A stretch of DNA of 64,000 bases. It comes from Microscillaceae bacterium. Its GTDB lineage: Bacteria > Bacteroidota > Bacteroidia > Cytophagales > Microscillaceae. Numbering within the stretch: position 1 is the first letter of the stretch; the number at the start of each line of letters is the position of its first letter. Position numbers and translations under genes: made by a program. The stretch lies in the NCBI GenBank assembly GCA_025054775.1, contig JANWZA010000030.1, positions 25,623 through 89,622 on the forward strand, given 5' to 3'. Shown in pieces: positions 59,486-64,000 of this stretch. Below the pieces are notes generated by a model. That model was not told where the DNA came from. It saw nothing but the letters and a program-made list of their open reading frames with translations, and searched no databases.

Positions 59486-59607
59486 TTTGCCTCAAAAAGA
59501 TTTTAATTGATGCGAAATATGTTATATTTGGAGTAAACTTGGCTTGTATTTTGACGCAAGCCAAGCCTTTTTCCTATCTTTAAGATAGTAAAATATACCA
59601 AAAATAT

Positions 59608-62600
59608 TTAAGTAAGTGTAATCTCTAAGGCTAATCCTCGTAGTTCATGGATCAATACATTAAAGGATTCAGGAATATTAGGTGCGGGGATGTTCTCACC
59701 CTTGACAATAGCTTCATAAGTTTTGGAACGTCCTACAACATCGTCTGATTTTACTGTAAGTAGTTCTTGCAGTACGTTAGCAGCACCGAAAGCTTCTAGA
59801 GCCCAAACTTCCATTTCTCCGAAGCGTTGCCCTCCAAATTGTGCTTTTCCCCCTAAGGGTTGTTGTGTAATAAGTGAATATGGTCCGATAGAACGAGCAT
59901 GCATTTTATCATCTACCAAGTGTCCTAATTTAAGCATATACATTACCCCTACGGTTACAGGTTGTTCAAAGCGTTCACCTGTTAGCCCATCGTATAGGTA
60001 GGTACGTCCCAAATGAGGCAATCCTGCTTCATTCAGCTCTGCAATGACCTCTGCTTCGGTTGCCCCGTCAAAGATAGGTGTGGCATATCGTCTGCCTAAT
60101 TTTTGCCCTGCCCAACCCAGAATAGTTTCATAAATTTGTCCGATATTCATACGTGAGGGCACTCCTAATGGATTAAGTACAATATCTACTGGGGTGCCAT
60201 CTTCTAAAAAGGGCATATCTTCAGGTGGTACGATGCGGGCTACTACCCCTTTATTGCCGTGTCGCCCTGCCATTTTATCACCTACTTTAAGTTTACGCTT
60301 TTTAGCAACATAAACTTTAGCTAACTTTACGATGCCAGTGGGCAACTCGTCTCCTACTTCTAGGGCAAATCGCTCTCGTTTGAATTTACTTGTGATTTCA
60401 TTGCGTGCTTTGATATAATTTTTGACTAATTGCAACAATAGTTCGTTAGTATGGGCATCGTCTGTGGCATTATCTAGGAGCAGGTCTGCAATTAAATTCG
60501 TTTCTTCGGGTACGTTGAGGTTGCTTTCGTCCCTAAACTTATTTTCTTTTGGGAACAGGTTTTCTACAATATTTGCTCTTGTGAACTTTCCTTTACCCAT
60601 AACCTCTTCCCCGAATTTATGCCTTATTCCTTTACATTGCTTTCCTTCTAAGAGTTTTACCATTTTTTCAATCATTACCTCACGAATGGCGGCTAGCTCT
60701 TCGCTATAATTTTTCATGAGTATTTTTACCTGCTCTTTCATTTTTTGACGAGCCTCTTTTTCTTTCCTAGGTCGCGAGAACAATTTAGTATCAATAACTA
60801 CTCCTTTCAAAGAGGGTGGAGCTTTAAGTGAGGCATCTTTCACATCCCCTGCTTTATCCCCAAAGATAGCTCTCAATAACTTTTCCTCTGGGGTAGGGTC
60901 GGTCTCGCCTTTAGGGGTTATCTTTCCAATCAAAATATCACCTTCTTTAACTACTGTGCCAACTTGCACAATACCGTTCTCATCTAAAAATCGGGTAGCC
61001 TCTTCGCTTACATTAGGAATTTCATAGGTTAATTCTTCTTCTCCGCGTTTTGTATCGCGCACTTCTAGTTCAAACTCTTCTATGTGAATAGAGGTAAATA
61101 TATCTTCACGTACTACACGTTCTGAAATTACGATAGCATCTTCAAAATTATAGCCTTGCCAAGGCATAAAGGCTACTTTAAGGTTTGCTCCCAAGGCCAA
61201 TTCTCCTCCTTGCGTAGCATAACCTTCACAGAGAGGTTGTCCTTTTTTTACTTTCTGTCCTTTATAGACAATAGGCTTTAGATTTATACAGGTATCTTGA
61301 TTAGTTCGTCTAAACTTGGTAAGTTTATAGGTAACACAAGGGTCTTGAAAGGAAACGAGCATCTGCTCTTCGGAGTAATCATATTTTATTACAACTCTCT
61401 CGGCATCTACATATTGTACTTCTCCATCTGCCTCTGCCAAAATCAAAGCCCGCGAGTCGAGAGCTACTCGTTCTTCTAGCCCTGTTCCTACGATAGGTGC
61501 TTCTGGACGCATCAGTGGCACGGCTTGACGTTGCATGTTTGACCCCATTAGGGCACGGTTAGCATCATTATGTTCTAAAAAAGGAATAAGGGAGGCAGCT
61601 ACTGAGACTATTTGATTAGTAGCAACATCCATATAAGAGAGCTTATGAGGCTCTACTACGGGAAAATCGCCTTCAAAACGGGCTTTAACACGCTCAACTA
61701 AGAAATTCCCTTTATCATCTATCGGGGAATTAGCCTGGGCAATAAAGTGTGAGTCTTCTTCTTCGGCAGTCAAGTACACTATTTCATTTGATGCAACTCC
61801 ATTTTTAACCACTCTATAAGGAGTTTCAATAAAGCCCATGCTATTAACTTTGGCATAAACACATAGTGAAGAGATTAGTCCAATATTAGGTCCTTCGGGA
61901 GTTTCAATGGTACAGAGGCGTCCATAGTGGGTATAATGCACGTCGCGTACTTCAAAACCTGCTCTATCTCTAGATAGTCCACCTGGTCCGAGGGCAGACA
62001 TTCTTCGTTTGTGCGTAACTTCTGCCAACGGATTGGTTTGATCCATAAACTGAGAAAGTTGATTCGTGCCAAAGAATGAATTGATAACCGAAGACAAGGT
62101 ACGCGCGTTAATGAGATCAATGGGTTTGAAGTCCTCATTATCTCTTACGTTCATTCTTTCTTTGATAGTTCGCGCCATACGCGCCAGCCCTATACCGAAT
62201 TGAGCATATAGCTGCTCACCTACTGTTCTTACACGTCGGTTACTCAAATGATCAATATCATCTACGATTGCTCTGGAGTTTGCTAAGCCAATCAAGTATT
62301 TGATAATTTTTTCAATATCCTCAGTAGTCAATACTCGTGTAGTTTTGTTAGGGTCTAATCCTAATTTTTTGTTAATTCTGTAACGCCCTACCTCACCCAA
62401 ATCGTAGCGTTTTTCACTAAAAAATAGACTTTGTATAAGCTCACTTGCATGGGCTTCATCGGGTGCCTCGGTATTCCGCAACTGCCGATAAATTTGCTCT
62501 AAAGCCTCTTTTTCAGAATTACAGTTATCTTTTTGTAAGGTATTGTAGATAATACTGTAATCAGTAGTACCTACATCTTTACGATGCACAATGATGGATT

Positions 62601-63465
62601 TCGTACCTGAGCTAAGAATAATATCAATATGTTCTTCTTGAATAATGGTATCACGTTCCAAAAGAATATCATTTCTATCAATAGAAACTACTTCGCCAGT
62701 GTCTTCATCTACAAAATCTTCTGTCCAAGTACGTAATACGCGTGCTGCTAGTTTTCTGCCAATTGCTGCTCGCAAATTGGCTTCGGTGGCTTCTATCTCT
62801 TCGGAGAGTTCAAAGAGGTCTAAAATTTGTTTATCTGTACCAAATCCAATAACACGTAGTAAGGTAGTAACAGGAAACTTCTTTTTTCTGTCTATGTAAG
62901 CATACATGACGTTGTTCACGTCGGTAGTAAATTCAATCCAAGAGCCTTTGGCTGGAATAATTCGGGCAGAGTACAATTTCGTACCATTAGTATGCTTGCT
63001 TTGGGCAAAAAACACACCTGGTGAACGATGTAATTGGGAGACAATCACTCTCTCAGCTCCATTGATAATAAACGAACCTTTATCAGTCATGTAGGGAATG
63101 TTTCCTAAAAATACTTCCTGCTCTATGGTTTCAAAATCATCTCCATCATCATAATTACAAGAAAGTCTAAGTTTAGCTTTAAGCGCAACAGAATAAGTAA
63201 GTCCACGGTCGATGCATTCATCTACGCTGTACTTTGGTGGATCGATAGAGTAGTCTATAAATTCTAACTTAAAGTTTTCACGAGAGTCAGAGATAGGAAA
63301 ATTCTCTTTGAAGACTTTGTATAACCCTTCCTGAGAGCGGTTCTCGGCAGGGGTTTCTAGCTGAAAGAAGTCTCTGAAAGATTTTAGCTGAACATCAAGG
63401 AAATCAGGATAATCGAGGACTTTCTGGGTTTTGGCAAAGCTAATCCTTGTGGTGTGGTTTTGCAT
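59608..63465 (-). CDS. rpoB: DNA-directed RNA polymerase subunit beta
   Basis: 1285 aa with the rif-region motifs [34 protein letters not shown], plus GRHGNKGV and the C-terminal LRGLALEI. Confidence 0.98.
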   Translation of the reverse strand: MQNHTTRISFAKTQKVLDYPDFLDVQLKSFRDFFQLETPAENRSQEGLYKVFKENFPISDSRENFKLEFIDYSIDPPKYSVDECIDRGLTYSVALKAKLRLSCNYDDGDDFETIEQEVFLGNIPYMTDKGSFIINGAERVIVSQLHRSPGVFFAQSKHTNGTKLYSARIIPAKGSWIEFTTDVNNVMYAYIDRKKKFPVTTLLRVIGFGTDKQILDLFELSEEIEATEANLRAAIGRKLAARVLRTWTEDFVDEDTGEVVSIDRNDILLERDTIIQEEHIDIILSSGTKSIIVHRKDVGTTDYSIIYNTLQKDNCNSEKEALEQIYRQLRNTEAPDEAHASELIQSLFFSEKRYDLGEVGRYRINKKLGLDPNKTTRVLTTEDIEKIIKYLIGLANSRAIVDDIDHLSNRRVRTVGEQLYAQFGIGLARMARTIKERMNVRDNEDFKPIDLINARTLSSVINSFFGTNQLSQFMDQTNPLAEVTHKRRMSALGPGGLSRDRAGFEVRDVHYTHYGRLCTIETPEGPNIGLISSLCVYAKVNSMGFIETPYRVVKNGVASNEIVYLTAEEEDSHFIAQANSPIDDKGNFLVERVKARFEGDFPVVEPHKLSYMDVATNQIVSVAASLIPFLEHNDANRALMGSNMQRQAVPLMRPEAPIVGTGLEERVALDSRALILAEADGEVQYVDAERVVIKYDYSEEQMLVSFQDPCVTYKLTKFRRTNQDTCINLKPIVYKGQKVKKGQPLCEGYATQGGELALGANLKVAFMPWQGYNFEDAIVISERVVREDIFTSIHIEEFELEVRDTKRGEEELTYEIPNVSEEATRFLDENGIVQVGTVVKEGDILIGKITPKGETDPTPEEKLLRAIFGDKAGDVKDASLKAPPSLKGVVIDTKLFSRPRKEKEARQKMKEQVKILMKNYSEELAAIREVMIEKMVKLLEGKQCKGIRHKFGEEVMGKGKFTRANIVENLFPKENKFRDESNLNVPEETNLIADLLLDNATDDAHTNELLLQLVKNYIKARNEITSKFKRERFALEVGDELPTGIVKLAKVYVAKKRKLKVGDKMAGRHGNKGVVARIVPPEDMPFLEDGTPVDIVLNPLGVPSRMNIGQIYETILGWAGQKLGRRYATPIFDGATEAEVIAELNEAGLPHLGRTYLYDGLTGERFEQPVTVGVMYMLKLGHLVDDKMHARSIGPYSLITQQPLGGKAQFGGQRFGEMEVWALEAFGAANVLQELLTVKSDDVVGRSKTYEAIVKGENIPAPNIPESFNVLIHELRGLALEITLT

Positions 63466-63635
63466 AGGAGTTGATTTTTCTTATTTATTGTGGTAGTAGA
63501 TAAACGTTTTATAGACACTCCTCTGACGAAGGAGATTTACACGTCGGTTTACCCAAAGTTTTGGGTTTCCGTATTATGTTTTAAGAACACGCAATAAACG
63601 TACCTTTTTTATAGAAAAGCTACAAAAATAAATGG

Positions 63636-63666
63636 GAAAAAGACCTGATTACTAAGAATCAGGTCT
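63636..63666 (-). terminator. hairpin + T-run between rplL and rpoB (attenuator/partial terminator)
   Basis: Perfect 10-bp arms AGACCTGATT / AATCAGGTCT with a 6-nt loop. On the minus strand it is followed by TTTTT. Its position is analogous to the known rplL-rpoB attenuator of E. coli. Confidence 0.65.
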
Positions 63667-63691
63667 GATTCTTATTTAATAGACAAGAGCA

Positions 63692-64000
63692 TCACTTTAT
63701 TTCTACTTCTGCACCTGCCTCTTGTAGTTTTTTGGCAAGCTCTTCGGCGTCTGCTTTGGCTAAACCTTCCTTTACGGGTTTAGGAGCATTATCTACTAAT
63801 TCTTTTGCTTCTTTTAAGCCTAATCCTGTCAAGTCTTTTACTAATTTTACTATTTGTAATTTGTTAGTACCAGGGGCTTTAAGGATTACATCAAAGGCTG
63901 TTTTTTCTTCTACTTTGGCTGCCTCACCACCTCCCCCTACAACTGGAGCAGCTACCGCTACTGCTGCTGTAGCAGGCTCAATACCATAATCATTTTTAAG
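63692..64000 (-). CDS. rplL: 50S ribosomal protein L7/L12, 5' end beyond window
   Basis: Reverse translation ends ...[66 protein letters not shown] followed by TGA at 63694-63692. The plus-strand ORF 63732-63989 in the track is its antisense shadow. Confidence 0.9.
   Translation of the reverse strand, partial: LKNDYGIEPATAAVAVAAPVVGGGGEAAKVEEKTAFDVILKAPGTNKLQIVKLVKDLTGLGLKEAKELVDNAPKPVKEGLAKADAEELAKKLQEAGAEVEIK

Noticed and set aside
63732-63989. Plus-strand 85-aa Ala/Ser-rich ORF
   Set aside because: It is the antisense shadow of rplL. The minus strand encodes a textbook L7/L12 C-terminal domain.
1-64000. Scan for tRNA, rRNA, CRISPR arrays, IS elements, integrases and prophage genes
   Set aside because: I saw no T-loop/acceptor patterns, no regularly spaced direct repeats, and no transposase- or integrase-like ORFs. 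This was a visual scan only. tRNAscan-SE, Infernal and ISfinder would be decisive.

Overview
This is a low-GC chromosome segment of Bacteroidota type. The evidence for that assignment is several -33 TTTG / -7 TAnnTTTG promoter matches, a GldH-like lipoprotein, and a Rho with a large N-terminal insertion. Most of the window is core housekeeping: rplL (partial)-rpoB-rpoC, mnmE, tatA, a stand-alone NuoL-like subunit, membrane pyrophosphatase (hppA), hisF, ppk1, trxA, lon, pyrD, ispF, rplM-rpsI-rpsB, murA and rho. Envelope genes include two TPR/PD40/OmpA paralogues, an EnvC-like M23 peptidase and several beta-barrel or porin-like proteins. A same-strand efflux array runs MFP-RND-OMF and is followed by an unusual 1022-aa ABCG-like transporter. 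Signalling genes are a window-truncated OmpR-type response regulator preceded by a SiaB-like kinase-fold protein at the left edge, and a REC-PP2C phosphatase at 14.8-16.2 kb. The only clearly accessory or decaying patch is 12.5-14.8 kb. It holds a small membrane ORF, a frameshifted orphan HNH (TIGR02646/PtuB-like) gene, a GC-rich hairpin-dense 123-nt repeat and a beta-barrel gene frameshifted at a homopolymer. A second copy of the repeat lies at 47.4 kb. By eye I found no rRNA, tRNA, CRISPR array, transposase or integrase. I cannot support a complete, clearly novel multi-gene system from the sequence alone. The best leads are the repeat family, the decayed HNH locus, the ABCG-like transporter architecture and the 1.1-kb ORF-free tract upstream of rho. 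All family assignments come from motif recognition by eye, with no BLAST or HMM run.
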